63,311 nucleotides of DNA, filler included, from Reticulomyxa filosa (GCA_000512085.1; 16 parts of 16 records of this genome joined end to end with filler, not necessarily neighbours in it); one strand, 5' to 3'; numbered from the whole stretch's first letter, positions 50,597 to 63,311 are shown. Translations and numbers: made by a program. The notes: generated by a model from the sequence alone, not told the origin.

Positions 50597-51500
50597 TTAA
50601 TTTTTTTGTTTAAAATTTGAAAATTGTAATTTTCCAGTGAAATATAAAATCCCAAAGGTGGTGATAGCAACTTCTGCAAACAGTCGATCCCATGAAATGT
50701 CTTGCAAAGCAGAGCGAATATTGAACACGTTTGGATACCAAGTTGTGTTTTCAAAGAACTTTGCATCCAATTTTTCGCTCTGTCGATGTCGATAGTCTTG
50801 GTGTAACGCGCCAAACACACCTTCGGAAAGTAGGAAGGCATTAAAATACAAGTCCGAATATGTTCCATTGGTTAATATTAAACCTACATTTGTACAGACA
50901 AATGCAAACAAAAGACGGTCAAGAAATTTCTAGAAGTTTCGAGCTACAAGCACACGCTGTCCAGAATTGTGTATGTATATGTATATGCATATACTCATAT
51001 GTACAATATGTATGTATTACAGAATCAAAAGTTGTTAAATTAACCTAATCCAAAGAAATTGAACATCCAAAATAAAGGATGTCTCGTTATTTTCATGACA
51101 CCACGCACCGGCTGAGATGATCGCTCTTGTTTGGCGGTACTTGTTAACCCGACTTCGGCGGGCTGTGTTCCTGTTTGAAATAATGGGATAAATTGAATGG
51201 CGAGTAGTTTGAATAAAACCCCGATTTTGAAACACAAGTCCTGATTCTGTTCAATCAGTGGAATCATTGGACCAGTATTCTTTGTTCGTATCACGTATGT
51301 GTGCAGCGCTGGAAGTAATGTCGCCGCTGAGATCAAAGAATAGACTCCAACAAAGTTGGCCAACGTTAATTTCCCAATCAGCCACTCCCGGATATTTGGG
51401 TGTGACATTATTGTATGCGTGCCCACGAACGAACTCATGCAAAATATTACTTTTCGATTTTCTGGAGTTATTTCTCTCCACGGCTGAACCATGGCCATCC
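50597..51500 (-). CDS. NnrU-family (Z-ISO-related) membrane protein, one intron about 51046-50885
   Basis: FVGTHTIMSHP, FVGVYSLIS, RGVMKITRHP, GALHQD, TTWYP; splicing gives FGLG|LILTNG. Confidence 0.8.
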
Positions 51501-52761
51501 TTGGCAAATTTTTTTAACAAACTGGACGAGGGGAAAATAAAAAATAATATTTTTTTTAGGTCCAAATGATTTTAAGGGAGAAACCTAACTCAAAATTTTC
51601 AGTGTTGTTTAGGCCGATTGGAAATTGTAAACTTTTTTTCCCCTTTTCTTTGCAAGTTGCAAAAAAAGTTAGACAAGCGGAGAGGTTGCGCGGAGAAAAA
51701 AAACTGAGGTCGAAAAACAAATAAAACAACGACAACTGATAACAAAAAAACAGTCAAATTGTCCAGCAATGACATGAAAGTCATCACTTTCACAAGGTAT
51801 TTTCGTTGTTTTTTTTTAAAATTATTGTTTTCCTTTCATTCAAGTTTTAATCTCCTCTCTTTTCTTTTTTTCACCTCGATTATTTTTTATTTGAGATATT
51901 TTGAACGTTATTTGTTTTTAAACATCCCAAGCAATTGTACCCAGCCAAAAGTTGGTGCATATGTTCTTTGGAGGCGTTTGCACTGTTTTGAGAAAGTATT
52001 AAATTGAGGCATCTTTGTTCACAGCTTGAAAAGTCTATCCATTGCGTGTCTATTGTCACTCTTTTCTCTTTCTGGTCATGGCCACACGGTGGACAAGCGC
52101 TGGCCCTTGAACTCATATTCCAGCGTGATAAATATTTGTCCTTTTTTTTGTTTAAAAAAGTAACAAAAACAAGCGGAAAGCGAGACCAACTGTAAAGGAA
52201 AAAAAGCTAACCACCGTGCTTTTATATCATTTGACATTTTCATTGCTTTGAGTGTTTTTTATGGGGATGTTATCGAATAGTTTTTGACTCATTCTCGTTA
52301 TGCACGGACTAGATGGAAAAAGTTTACGAACAAGGGCCAACAAAGTTCTTGTCACTCAATTTCTCCGGCCACAGATAATAACAAAAAATATTAAATTGCA
52401 AAGTGTTGTCATAAAGAGTTAATTGAGTGAATAAATAAATTGGAGAGGTGTGTAGTTGTGGAAAGAGTGTAGTTGCAATAAAAAACACACAAAATGAAGA
52501 AATCAAAAAAAGTTTTAATTATTAAAACTGCGTGAACGAAAAGTTCTTTCACACGACAATATTTTATTCAGTTTGAAAAACAGAGAAGATAGTAATATTG
52601 ACACAATAAACAATAAAGAGTGAAGACATCAGTGTCGGTATATTAAGTACCTGGGGAGGGTGATCTGAGGAAAAGGAAGAGAGCAAAGTAACACAGACAA
52701 TGGACAGATCAAAGTGAAGGGATGTGTATATAAATGTCAACATTGGATACAGAAACCTAAG

Positions 52762-54202
52762 ATGAGCGATGGCTCGGAAGTGGAGATTGACAAGTCGTCA
52801 GAGACTAGCTCAGAAGATACACACAGGAAAAAAAACAAGGACAAACCCAAAGAAAAAGAAAAAGAAAGAGAAAAAGAAAAAGAAAGAAAAAAGAAAAAGA
52901 CAAAAAGAGGTATAAAGACAAAGATAAAGAAGATGAAGACAAAGACAAAGATAAAAAGAAATACAAAGATAAAGATCAAGACAGAGATAAGGACAGAGAC
53001 AAGGAGAAAGATAGAGATAGAGATAGAGACAAGGACAAAGATAGAGATAGAGATAGAGACAAGGGCAAAGACAGGGATAAGGACAAGGACAAAGACAGAG
53101 ATAGAGACAAGGAGAAAGATAGAAATAGAGACAAGGACAAAGATAGAGACAGAGACAAGGACAAAGATAGAGATAGAGATAAGGACAAAGATAAAGATAG
53201 AGATAGATACAAGGAGAAAGATAGAGACAGAGACAAGGAGAAAGATAGAGACAAGGAGAAAGATAGAGACAAAGACAAGGATAAAGATAGAGATAAAGAC
53301 AAACACAAAGACAAAAATAGAGAGAAAGATAAAGAAAAAGAGAGAGAGAAAGATAAGGACAAAGACAAGGACAAGAATAGAGACAAAGACAAAGACAAAG
53401 ACAAGAATAGAGACAGAGGCAAAAACGAAGATGACGAAGAGCGAAAAAATAAAAGAAAGCGAAAGGACGAAGAGGAGACAGAAACGGAGACAGAAGAGCA
53501 AGAAAAGGAAAAAAAAGAAAACGAGAAAAAGAAAAAGAGAAAGAGAAAAAAGTGCGTGAAGACAATAGCAATGAAGATGACAATGAGGACGATGATGACG
53601 ATGATGATGACGATGATGATGATAATGACGATGATAATGACGATGACAAGAAAGCAGAGAAGACAAAAGAGAAAAAAAGTAAATCCAGTAAAAAAAAAAA
53701 GAAAGAAGAAGAAGAAGAAGAAGAAAAAAAAAGAGAAGAAATAACCACGAATTCGCCAATGACACGAAGAAGAAAAAAGAAGGATGAGTTTCGAAAGCAG
53801 TACAAAGAGGCGGATGAAATGTTCAAAAAGTCGTCGAAAGATATTGTTGCAAAGCTGGACAAAAACAGACCTCGACATGCCCACTTGCGAAATCTAATGT
53901 ACAAGCCCAAAATCAATCCGTGGGACGACACTCTCGATTCTTCCAAAATCTTTGACACCGTCAACAAACCCACGGGTCCCGGACTTGTTCCTTCCGACAA
54001 TGACAATCGCAATTTTCCAACCGTCGCTGTCTTTTTCAATCCGGAGGGAAGCAGACAAGAGGGAGGTGGAGGGAGAGGGAGAGGGAGAGGTAGAGGAAGA
54101 GGAAGAGGGCGAGGGAGAGGACAAGAGAGAAGAGAGAGAGAAGATAGAGAGGGAAATGAGGAGGGATATTACCCTAATCAAAAGTCCATTGAGTACGATT
54201 GA
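52762..54202 (+). CDS. Highly charged low-complexity protein: (D-K/R)n, poly-D, RG repeats; 1-nt frameshift near 52890
   Basis: After the shift the frame reads DKDKEDEDKDKD..DRDKDRDKEKDRD and is continuous with ORF 53552-54202. Confidence 0.65.
52915..53420 (+). repeat. Degenerate hexamer tandem repeat GA(C/T)A(G/A)(A/G) encoding DR/DK
   Basis: gacaaa, gataga, gacaga and gacaag units. Confidence 0.9.
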
Positions 54203-54409
54203 ATTACTAATTCTTTCTTTTTTTTTGCAAAACAACATCAGGGGTCTAGTGTTAGTTTGTTCTTCGTTTAATCACAAACAATTTAGTTTTGTACTTTTAC
54301 AATTTCAGTGCTTCTATCATTTTCATGGATACTCCTTGGCCTTGCTGCTAATCATACTTTCTAAAACTTAAAAAGCTCTGAAGGGGAATAGTTAAAAAAA
54401 AACTAAGAA

Positions 54410-55182
54410 ATGAAAGCGCGACCAGTGTCTGGCCAGAACGAGCATTGTGAATTGGAGATTTTGACTCATACTCTTCGGTCCAAAAATGTGATTGGAAATA
54501 CAAAAGCGAAAAGAACAGATACCTTGCTTCGTCCCTCCGGGCTGAGTGTGGTCCACGTGAAACCCGAAGGCTATTGTTGCATTTGTGGCTTGTATAGCAC
54601 CTTTGATATGACTTATCCACCAGAACTTGTTGATCACGTATGTAGGAAAAACTCGTTTATGTGTTTATTTTCGCAAAATGGAAGACATTCCAAAATAAAA
54701 ATGAATCATTTCAAAAAGATGTTTGTTTTGTTTCTTCAAATGATAGATCTCATCCTCAGAGTACACAGCAGTAATAGATGAGCTAAACGAATCTTTGACT
54801 ACTATGTGGCCTTGCTTTTTATGCCACGCTTTTGGTTACATGTTTTGTTTGTGCACTTGTGGCTTGTCATGCATTTTTCCAATGATGTGCGTGTCTCACG
54901 TTGAGTCACACTTGTTCATGTGCACGCTATTCATTTTCCATTTCTTTATGCATTTGTTCATCTCTTGTTTAACGAATTTAAACATTTTTTTTGATCTGTT
55001 TCAAATTGCTTCAGGCAAAATTCTGTTCTCAAAACGTCTTAAATCGAGCAAACACGAAATATCTCCCGAAAGGGGTCCATTTTGAATTGAAAGTTCACAA
55101 ATGTGTCACAAGTGAAATTTTGGTCACTTATGGAGACCCTTCGAGTCTCACAGAACATTTTACGGAAAGCAAGAAGTCGTGA
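54410..55182 (+). CDS. Small Cys-rich protein, Erf4/golgin-A7-like, multi-exon
   Basis: YPPELVDH; CLCTCGLSCIFP; LNRANTKYLPKGVHFEL. Confidence 0.45.
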
Positions 55183-55612
55183 TCGTTTTTTTTTTATGTT
55201 CTTTTAAATTAGCAAACATAAAATGAAGTTTTGGAAACAGATTTGTTTTGTTGATAATCGAGCAAGTTGATCATTTTGTTAAAACATCACAAAAGGTAAA
55301 CCTTGACAAAATAAAATAAGATGCTATTTCCTCAATTCAATGTGTCCAATTCAATTTTATTTAAACTAATCGACATTTCATTGGCTCTACTCCTGCCTTT
55401 TTTGGTTAAATTAATGCTGACTAAAAGTATTAGTTTTTAAAAGAAACTAATATAAAAACAACAAGTTAATATTTCCCTCAGTAACAATCGCTAGCTGTAT
55501 CTTTTAATTTTGTTTCAAGAGATTACAAAATGAAGCTACAATGTTTTCGTCTGCAAATGTCTTTGTCGTTCAAGATTTTTCCCTCCTGCGAATTTTTAGC
55601 TGAAGCAGTCAA

Positions 55613-56468
55613 ATGTCGTCTTCTAAACAACAGCCCTTTCGTGTTGTCTGTGCAGGATATGGCCGAACTGGTACAGAATCAATGAAAATGGCCCTTGATA
55701 CATTAGGTTTGAAATGTTATCATTTAATGGAGTTTGAAAAGTACGTGTGGGACGCAAGATTTTGGACTGAGCTTTTACACGATACCACACGTGGGAAAGA
55801 ATTTAATTGGTCGAAAATATTTGACAGAAGGGGTTATGTCGCTTGTTGTGACTGGCCCATGGCAACTTTTTACCAGTCTATCATTCGTTTCTACAATCAA
55901 AAAAACGCAGTCAACAAGCACAGTAAAGTGAAGGTAATATTGACCAAGCGCAACAATCCATTGCAATGGTACGAAAGTGTGAAAAAAGCTGTTGTGCCAC
56001 TGGTCGACGCGTTTGATCGATTTCACTACAACTATGCAATGAAATATATCTTTGGAATTGACTTGAAAAATATTATTTGGAAATTTTGTTTCGAATATAA
56101 TTTTCCGGAAATTTCAAGTTTGGATATGTGGAAAAACGTGCAAAACCTTCGCACTGAAAAGAAGGACCATTTTCAGTACATTTGTGACGTTTATGAGCGC
56201 CACGAGAAAGAGGTGACAGAGTTTGTGGATCCAGAGGACTTGTTAATATTTGAAACCGGTAAACACGGGTTTAAGGAAATATGTGACTTTTTACAAATTC
56301 CTTATCCTTTGGATGAAAAGAGTAACATAAACCGTTTCCAATTGCAACTCAACTCAAATTCTTCAGCAAAGAGTTAAGTATGCTACGCTTGCTGCTAACA
56401 TATCTGAATTCTTTTATGTTGTGTTTGTTGCAGCTCTCATTTATTTTATTATTTCTTTTTTCTCTTGA
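55613..56468 (+). CDS. Sulfotransferase-like P-loop protein; C-terminus possibly frameshifted beyond 56377
   Basis: VVCAGYGRTGTESMKMALDTLGLKCYH, CDWP, KVILTKR..WYES, VDPEDLLIFE..GFKEICDFL. Confidence 0.85.
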
Positions 56469-56831
56469 CATTTATTTTTTTTGGATTTGTACAAGATCTT
56501 TAAATTCTCTTCTCGAATTTTTTATAATTTGACAATATCGATACCATTCTTTTATTTTGCCTCTGTGCTACTTCAGTATCTTATTCTTCTTTTATAGATC
56601 TCAGGTATAGTTTTGTCCAATATTTCAAAATCAACATTGCCTAAGTATTTTGTGGTGATGAAAACATGTCATTACTCACAATACTTTTCAATTTCATTAA
56701 TTCAAATTGTCAGTTTTGAGCTGAGGGTTTTTTCCGTCTTTGAAACTTCCCCTTAGTAATATATAAAAAGGATACATGAACTATTAATCCTTTTTTCCTT
56801 TTTTTCAGTCAGAAAATCACAAAATTATCGT

Positions 56832-58748
56832 ATGGCGTGTAGTGTTTTTTCAGATTTTGCAATAACAGTCCAACTGTTTGTAGGGATTTCCGTGGTATTT
56901 GTGTTGGTGTTTGAGTACATAGTGGAAAGGTTGCGTAATGAACGACATCGAACTATTGTTCAATTTTGGTTGGATTCATTCAAACTGTGTTACGACTCCT
57001 TTTGCGACAACCCGGCACAGAGAAAGGGGAAAAGCAGAGAGGTCTGAAGGAGAAAACAAAACAAAAAAAATCTTGCAATTATGGGACGCTTAGGCTGTGG
57101 AGCATTGATATCGCATATCTTCAACGTAATGGTGGCAACCATGATAAACACGAAAGGAGAAGGGAATGTGGATGAGTGTGCGTTGTATACGGTGGCATTT
57201 TATTACGAGTTGACAGGAGTGACAATCGTGCAAATGATGCAATACGGGCTAATCAAATACTCGCGTTTCAAATACTTGCAATTGCGTAGAGAAAACAACG
57301 GAATAGACACGCCCTGGGGCAAGCGCTGGATGTGGGTTTCGTATCCAGGATATTACGCGGACGACATGGATAGTTCTGACATTCAACAGGAAATCTTGTC
57401 GGCAGTTTGTGGACACATTTTATGTGTGTACGTAGTTTGTTTTTTCATAAAAAAAAAAAAAAGGGGGGGAGAAGTGGTCGAGCAAAAAAAAAAAAAAAAA
57501 AGATTCAATTGAAAGGCCTTGGGGTTAATTTGTATTTTGTTTTGTTTGGGAGGGGGGCTTTAGTCAAATAAAAAATCCCGAGGATGACGATATGGACAAT
57601 GGAACGACAACAGAAAGTAATGACCAGGTGTACGACGGAGAGCGGATGCCCTTGAAATCGAACAAGACAGTCAACAAAAGCGAAGACGCCAAGACGACGA
57701 AGAACGACGACCAATACCGGAATACAACGTATCAACGTGATAATAATAATAATAATAATGATGAACAGCAACAACAACAACAACAACAACATTCGCATTT
57801 GAAACCCAGCCGACCGCGCTTTTCTCAAAGCATGGGCGACATTTCATTCTTGCAAACGAGATTGTCCAATCCCAAAAACAGATTTATCATCGCCACTGTC
57901 ACCATTGTCGGTATCATTGTTTACACAATAATATTTTAATAAATGAAAAACAAAATAATATAAGTATTATGTACATATATTTTGCTTGCAAATGGACAGG
58001 AACCATTGCAACGATTTTGTTCTCAATTTATATAATGTCCTACAATGGATGGATGGCCAGTATACTGGGATTGTATGCGATAGCAATGTTTGCTACGTTT
58101 GGAACTGCCACTAACCCTTGCTTGTGGCAGACCCTGTCGTGGGTCTCGATTAAAGCCGGAGAGCGCGGGGTTTGGACTGGCTTTGTCTATTTGCTTCGAA
58201 AAGACTTTCGTCATTATGCATCGATCATCTCCTTCAGTGATAATCGTGCTGAAGCTATTTTGTACATTGCCGTCTTGCCTTTGCTCTTTGGGGCGTCCAC
58301 TCTTATCTTGTTCTCCAATATTGCAAGGATGCATATCCCATTTGTCAATATCAAAGTTTTGTGTTGTTGTTGTTTGCATGTTATATTATTTGCATGCACA
58401 TACAATTTTTTTTTTTTTTTTTTTTATAAATAGGAGTTTGCTTCTGATATCATGGCTCAATTTGATATGAAAGAAGCCCTGAAAGTGGGTATTTTTTCAA
58501 CTTTGGTATACAATGGTATACTCTATCTTGTTGCAGCAATCGCTCTGAGATCATGGAGAGCAACTGCCATTTTGTTACTCATGATGGTTGTTGTGCCTGT
58601 TTTAACTTGTGCCATTTTCACGCTTTTTCTCTGGGTGTTGCTCAAAGACATGCATACCTGGCGACCTGTCTCTGCAAATGTCGATACTGAGAACAGCGTA
58701 TCTGAAGTTGCTGTAATGTACGCAAGTGAAAACACCAACAACTTGTAA
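56832..58748 (+). CDS. STIMATE/TMEM110-like multipass membrane protein, multi-exon
   Basis: RTIVQFWLDSFK, GALISHIFNV, DECALY pattern and several TM segments. Confidence 0.55.
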
Positions 58749-59415
58749 GCATATGATATTTTAAATTATTGAATAATTTTTTTTGCTAATACCACTTTTG
58801 TGCTTGCTTTTGCTTAGTTTGTTTGTTATTTCGAGGGGGTTGCACTCTTACTACTTTGATGTTGAATAAACCACTTTTCTTCGAACAAATTTGATAGGAG
58901 AACTTTGTTGACTTTATTGAAGTACCCCTCTTTTGATTAATTTTCACTTGGCTCAAGTATCTTAAAAATGAAAATATAATTTTGATGGATTTTCACTTAG
59001 CTCAAGTATAAAAACGAAAATATGATTGTGAAATCACTAACAAACACTTTAAAACAGACAAAAAAAAAAAAACCCTTCAAAAGGAAGATGCCTTCGAACA
59101 AGCGAACTGAAGCAAAGAATGCTGGCAATAGAAAAACTGGCCAAACAGATACAGTTCCATTTTCAAAAGTGGATTTGCTCGGATTCCATTCCTTTCTGTT
59201 CATTCAAGTTGTGGCTATTTTTATCGCGCTGACAGCGCACTCAAAATTACCAGTGCCCAAGCCTCACGACATCGATGGTGGGTGCAAACCAAACAGCCGG
59301 GGAGGAGAAGAAAATACTTCTTCTTTCCAATTGTTCTTTTGTCCACAGCAATCAATAATCTCTTTTTTCAACAAAGTTGGACAAACTCTAATAAAAAAAA
59401 AACAAAAAATTTCAA

Positions 59416-59454
<39 letters not shown>

Positions 59455-59929
59455 NNNNNNNNNNNNNNNNNNNNNNNNNNNNNNNNNNNNNNNNNNNNTT
59501 AATTAATTAANNNNNNNNNNNNNNNNNNNNNNNNNNNNNNNNNNNNNNNNNNNNACTCATAAATGTTTATTAAAAAAGATGCAAATTTGCAATTTTTTTA
59601 AATATTTTGTCGTTTTTGACAAAAAAACTTGAAAAAAGATTTGTTAAAATTTTGTATATTATTTGATTTGTTGTTCTACAATTGTGATTCCAAAAACGAA
59701 TTAATTGCAAATAATTGAAATTAAAATTGTTTTTTTGGAACGAATCATTACTTTTTCTTGAGTAATAATTTTTCTATTGAAGACAAAAAGTTTTCCCTTT
59801 TTAGAATAAGTTCTCTTGGACATTACGAATGTGGTTTTGCTCTTCTCTTCAAACAATCTAACAAGCCAAGTGTAAACAACATGGAACTTGCTATCAAGGA
59901 GTGCTTCTCCAACGCACTCCTCTGCAAAA

Positions 59930-60225
59930 ATGGAACCGATTGTGGAATACCTTATCAGGAACAACTCCAAGTATTAGAAGGACATACAAGTATGATAATT
60001 TTCACCTGATGGTTCTATGATCGCTTCAGGCTCATATGATTATACTATTCATTAAATCTTTTCCTATTTTCTAGGATCTCATGAATATATATACATCGAT
60101 CATCAGGTGAAAATTGTGACTATGATCAATATTTTAACTTCTTTTTCAGAGCTCACATTCCATAGTCCGACTATTCATCGGTTGAACATGATACAATATC
60201 TTTACCATTTGAGGAAATGCCCGTA
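59930..60225. pseudogene. WD40 fragments in opposite orientations
   Basis: Plus strand: QLQVLEGH..FSPDGSMIASGSYD; minus strand: SSNGKDIVSCSTD..GLWNVSS..QFSPD. Confidence 0.7.
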
Positions 60226-60543
60226 CACAATTTGAATATTTTTTAAACTGACTTTGAAACAAAAGTGTAAGATTTTGGCAGATTGATTGCATATTAAAAT
60301 ACAAAATTCAAACATAAAGTAAATTCTTTGAGATAAATTTGAAGTTTTTTAAGCATCCAATCAATTGTAAAATGGAATTTTTTAATTTGGTTCATATTTT
60401 AACTTTGAAAAAGTAAGGAAAAGAGAGGAGAACAATAAAAATGACCAAAGAATAGAAACAAAAAAGTTCAATTGATACCTTTGGATTGCCATAATTGGCA
60501 AGCAAACAAAAAAAAGATAACTATGAATAAATTCTCTGAAAAT

Positions 60544-61041
60544 TCATACACAAGTATTTTTTACTTTCATTTTTGCTTGCAATGTCCTGATATGCCATTC
60601 TCGAAACAATGCAGTATATGTCTTCCATGCTCCTTCGAAATGTCCGCTCGCTGTTTTATAGTTTCCTAGTGTTTCAAATTCAAGCCCTAAAGTCCAAAAC
60701 AAATAAGCCACATCATCATTATTAAATCCAAAAATTTCTAACGTAATCATTGTGCTCTTTATATTGATAAATTCCTGCAATACTTTTTCATAGAATTCAA
60801 TTGCATGTTCATTTTGCCTTCTATCGTAATAAGTATTTCCAATCGAATTATATGCAATTGCAACATAATGATGACTCAAACCAAAAGTATTGATTGCAAT
60901 TTTCAAATATTGTATCCAGCAATCAACAAATTCATCAAACAAGTATTGCTTTTTAAATTCTTCTCCTTTATCCTCGATATCTTGAAATTGTACTGGAATA
61001 TCATGATGCAGTTTTGTATTCCATTGAATGATTGAAATTGA
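60544..61041 (-). CDS. TPR-repeat protein 3' part, possibly a pseudogene
   Basis: HHYVAIAYNSIGNTYY..AIEFYEKVL; DVAYLFWTLG. Confidence 0.75.
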   Translation of the reverse strand, partial: SISIIQWNTKLHHDIPVQFQDIEDKGEEFKKQYLFDEFVDCWIQYLKIAINTFGLSHHYVAIAYNSIGNTYYDRRQNEHAIEFYEKVLQEFINIKSTMITLEIFGFNNDDVAYLFWTLGLEFETLGNYKTASGHFEGAWKTYTALFREWHIRTLQAKMKVKNTCV

Positions 61042-61141
61042 NNNNNNNNNNNNNNNNNNNNNNNNNNNNNNNNNNNNNNNNNNNNTTAATTAATTAANNN
61101 NNNNNNNNNNNNNNNNNNNNNNNNNNNNNNNNNNNNNNNNN

Positions 61142-62211
61142 AATGCCCCCAAACACGAGTCGCAACAAGACGGAAAGGCCAACGACAATGCCGATGGAAA
61201 TGAATCAGAAGCGTCATCCTCGACAGAATCTTCGGGATCGGTCAGTGGCACTGAAATATCCAAAGAGTCATCCGCGTCAGATAATGAGACTGCGGCTGCT
61301 CAACCAACACTGCCTACCATTGTCTCAGAGACTGCTGCAACAAAGCCCAAAGAAGAAAAAGAAGCGTCACAGGTCATTTCTTTGTTTTATGTGCACACAA
61401 CCTATCATAATCATAATTGCAAGCACATAATGCAACAATATACAAATTTCAATCATATTATGTACGCGCATATTTATATATGTGTGTATATACAATATAA
61501 AAGAGCGTCACAAATGAAACCAGTGCCAAAGAAGTGGAACCACAAAAATCGAAAGAGGCTAACAAAGAAAGTGAGCAAAGCAAACCAAAGGAAAATGAAA
61601 ATGAAAAAGACAAAGACAAAGAAAAAGAGGATATAAATGGAAAAAGCAAAAGCAAAAATCCAAATGATTTGCCTCAAGATGAGAAAAAAGAACAGGAGAT
61701 CTGCAATGCACTCCTTACTTTGCTTCAAAAATACAATTTCAAAGAATTCAAAGTGTTTAACAGTGACGCATATGCCTATCTTCCAGGCTCGCCGGAAAAG
61801 ATCATTAACACATTTTCGTACAAAAAAGTAGTTCAACCGAGAGACGTATCGATGCTATTATTGGGAAACATTCAACGACTTTTGAAGCATCTGTTTGTTT
61901 TCTGTGTTTCTATGAATCATACATAATGTCTATTTTGCCAAAGCTTTTCATTTGTCTTCCTATCTTTTTCATTGGATACATTTATGCATATCAGCATAAG
62001 ATTGTTTATCTCTTTTGCAAATGCACGAATTGCAACCATACAGGAACATTTCCAGCTCAATGCCACCTCTGCCTGAAGTCGTGCATCAGTCGAAGAAGAA
62101 GATGATTGACCAAATTCGACAAGAAGAGGAATCGAAACGAAAGAAAAAAAAACCAAAAGAAAGAGTGCAGCAGCAACAACAGCAACAACAGCAACAACAG
62201 CAACAACAGCA
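61142..62211 (+). CDS. Hypothetical multi-exon protein fragment, charged, with poly-Q
   Basis: Coding-like exons separated by microsatellite introns; CAA/CAG tract at contig end. Confidence 0.45.
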
Positions 62212-62313
62212 NNNNNNNNNNNNNNNNNNNNNNNNNNNNNNNNNNNNNNNNNNNNTTAATTAATTAANNNNNNNNNNNNNNNNNNNNNNNNNNNNNNNNN
62301 NNNNNNNNNNNTA

Positions 62314-62559
62314 ACGTTCATCCGTTCAATTGGTGGTAGTGTTGGAGTCGCTATATTTGGCTCAGTTTTAAATCAGCAAGTCAAAAAGAATTACACACGT
62401 TACCACGGTGATGGCATACGTGCTGAAACTGAAGCTTTGCACTTGGTTTTCCTTTGTTCTATGGCCCCTGCTATACTCGCTTTTCTCCTTACGTTTTTGA
62501 TCAAGAACACAGATATTTTCGTCAGAAAGGGACAAGCTGCTGCTCCTGCTATGGAATAA
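62314..62559 (+). CDS. MFS transporter (DHA2-like) C-terminal end; not in ORF track
   Basis: TFIRSIGGSVGVAIFGSVLN..ALHLVFLCSMAPAILAFLLTFLIK, stop at 62557-62559. Confidence 0.75.
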   Translation, partial: TFIRSIGGSVGVAIFGSVLNQQVKKNYTRYHGDGIRAETEALHLVFLCSMAPAILAFLLTFLIKNTDIFVRKGQAAAPAME

Positions 62560-63311
62560 TCATCCAATGCAACGAAAAAATTCATGCTACTTTTAACAAT
62601 TTGCTTCCTTCAATAAGGGAGAGGAGAAGCATGCATTTTTTATATGTTTTGTTGGGTGTATTACGTCCTTGTGGTGAGGAAGAAAGGGATATTTTGATTT
62701 TGAGGCGTGGAAAATCGTTTTCCAGTGGGGTTCTGTACTTGCTTCAAAATTATTTGTTTACCAACTTTTGGAAGTTACTTTTTCAAATTTTTTAGCACTT
62801 TTGCATCACAATGATGTTTCCATAAAAGGTTAAAAATTAATATATCTGGTTCTAAAAGTTTGATTACTTAAAAATTTTTTTTCGCAACTAGTTTACAAGC
62901 TACTAGGACTACTTTTATGGTCGGATTTGAGCCCGAACAAGTGGTTGACGTTAATTTTCAAAAAACTTTTGTCATGATTGTTTTTTTTGTCGATATTGAA
63001 TTCAACAAATACTTGCCAGTTTACGTAAGATGCTTCTTGAAATAGTTTTTGCCTTATATATTGATTATTATAAATGAAAACAACACTTTTTTATGTTCAA
63101 AAAATTTTTAATTTTTTTTGAAAATAAACATTCTAAACTTTTGTAAAAAATATTTATGTTCACTCATTGCCAAACCATTAAAAAATTTCAAGAAAGGCAT
63201 GAATGTTTAAAAATTTCGCCAAAAATTAAAGATTATCAGTACTTGGAATCTACCACGTAAATTTTTTTCTTTGAGTTATAAAATATGAACATTTTGAAAA
63301 TTTGCAATTAT

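Noticed and set aside
15585-52895. Programmed ribosomal frameshifting: GH31 (about 15589), anoctamin (about 23765), BTB (about 37693), TPPII (about 46155) and the DK protein (about 52890) each need one extra base
   Set aside because: All fall in short homopolymers and lack a shared slippery-plus-stop motif; systematic homopolymer undercall in sequencing is simpler. Illumina reads would settle it.
52737-54039. Long minus-strand ORFs (LSLSLS, CLYLCP, VFVSIS) and the plus-strand KTKIEIET ORF
   Set aside because: Shadow frames of the purine-rich DK/DR hexamer repeat
5546-62311. Regularly recurring TTAATTAATTAA flanked by Ns as a biological repeat or array
   Set aside because: Identical 100-bp scaffolding linker; also means genes on different contigs cannot be treated as a cluster
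1-63311. CRISPR arrays, rRNA, tRNA or prokaryotic operons
   Set aside because: No repeat-spacer arrays or recognisable structural RNA genes seen; genes are spliceosomal-intron eukaryotic

Overview
AT-rich, intron-containing eukaryotic DNA. It consists of 16 short contigs joined by 15 artificial 100-bp linkers (N44-TTAATTAATTAA-N44), so adjacency across linkers means nothing. The gene content (WD40 family with the GVIGGNGYTICSGS signature, TPR and RING/TRAF families, many pseudogenes, divergent beta-tubulin) suggests a foraminiferan, probably Reticulomyxa filosa; this is inference, not a database result. Recognisable genes: trehalose-6-phosphate synthase (5' part), GH31 glycosidase, CudA/STAT-like protein, anoctamin, WD40 proteins, eRF1, a kinase 5' end, BTB-BACK protein, 10-exon beta-tubulin, PDI 3' end, RING/TRAF-Gly-rich protein, NnrU-like protein, D/K/R-repeat protein, sulfotransferase-like, STIMATE-like, MFS 3' end, two tripeptidyl-peptidase II remnants and LINE remnants. 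Best leads: (1) a RelA/SpoT-type nucleotidyltransferase domain joined to WD40 repeats with a STAND-type C-terminal tail, a possible NLR-like receptor with an alarmone output; (2) eRF1 with NIKS changed to HIKS; (3) self-complementary introns with A-tract acceptors; (4) repeats and pseudogenes reduced to collinear islands by serial deletion and inversion; (5) a perfect 243-bp inverted repeat around a shrunken LINE; (6) an intron-containing NnrU gene.
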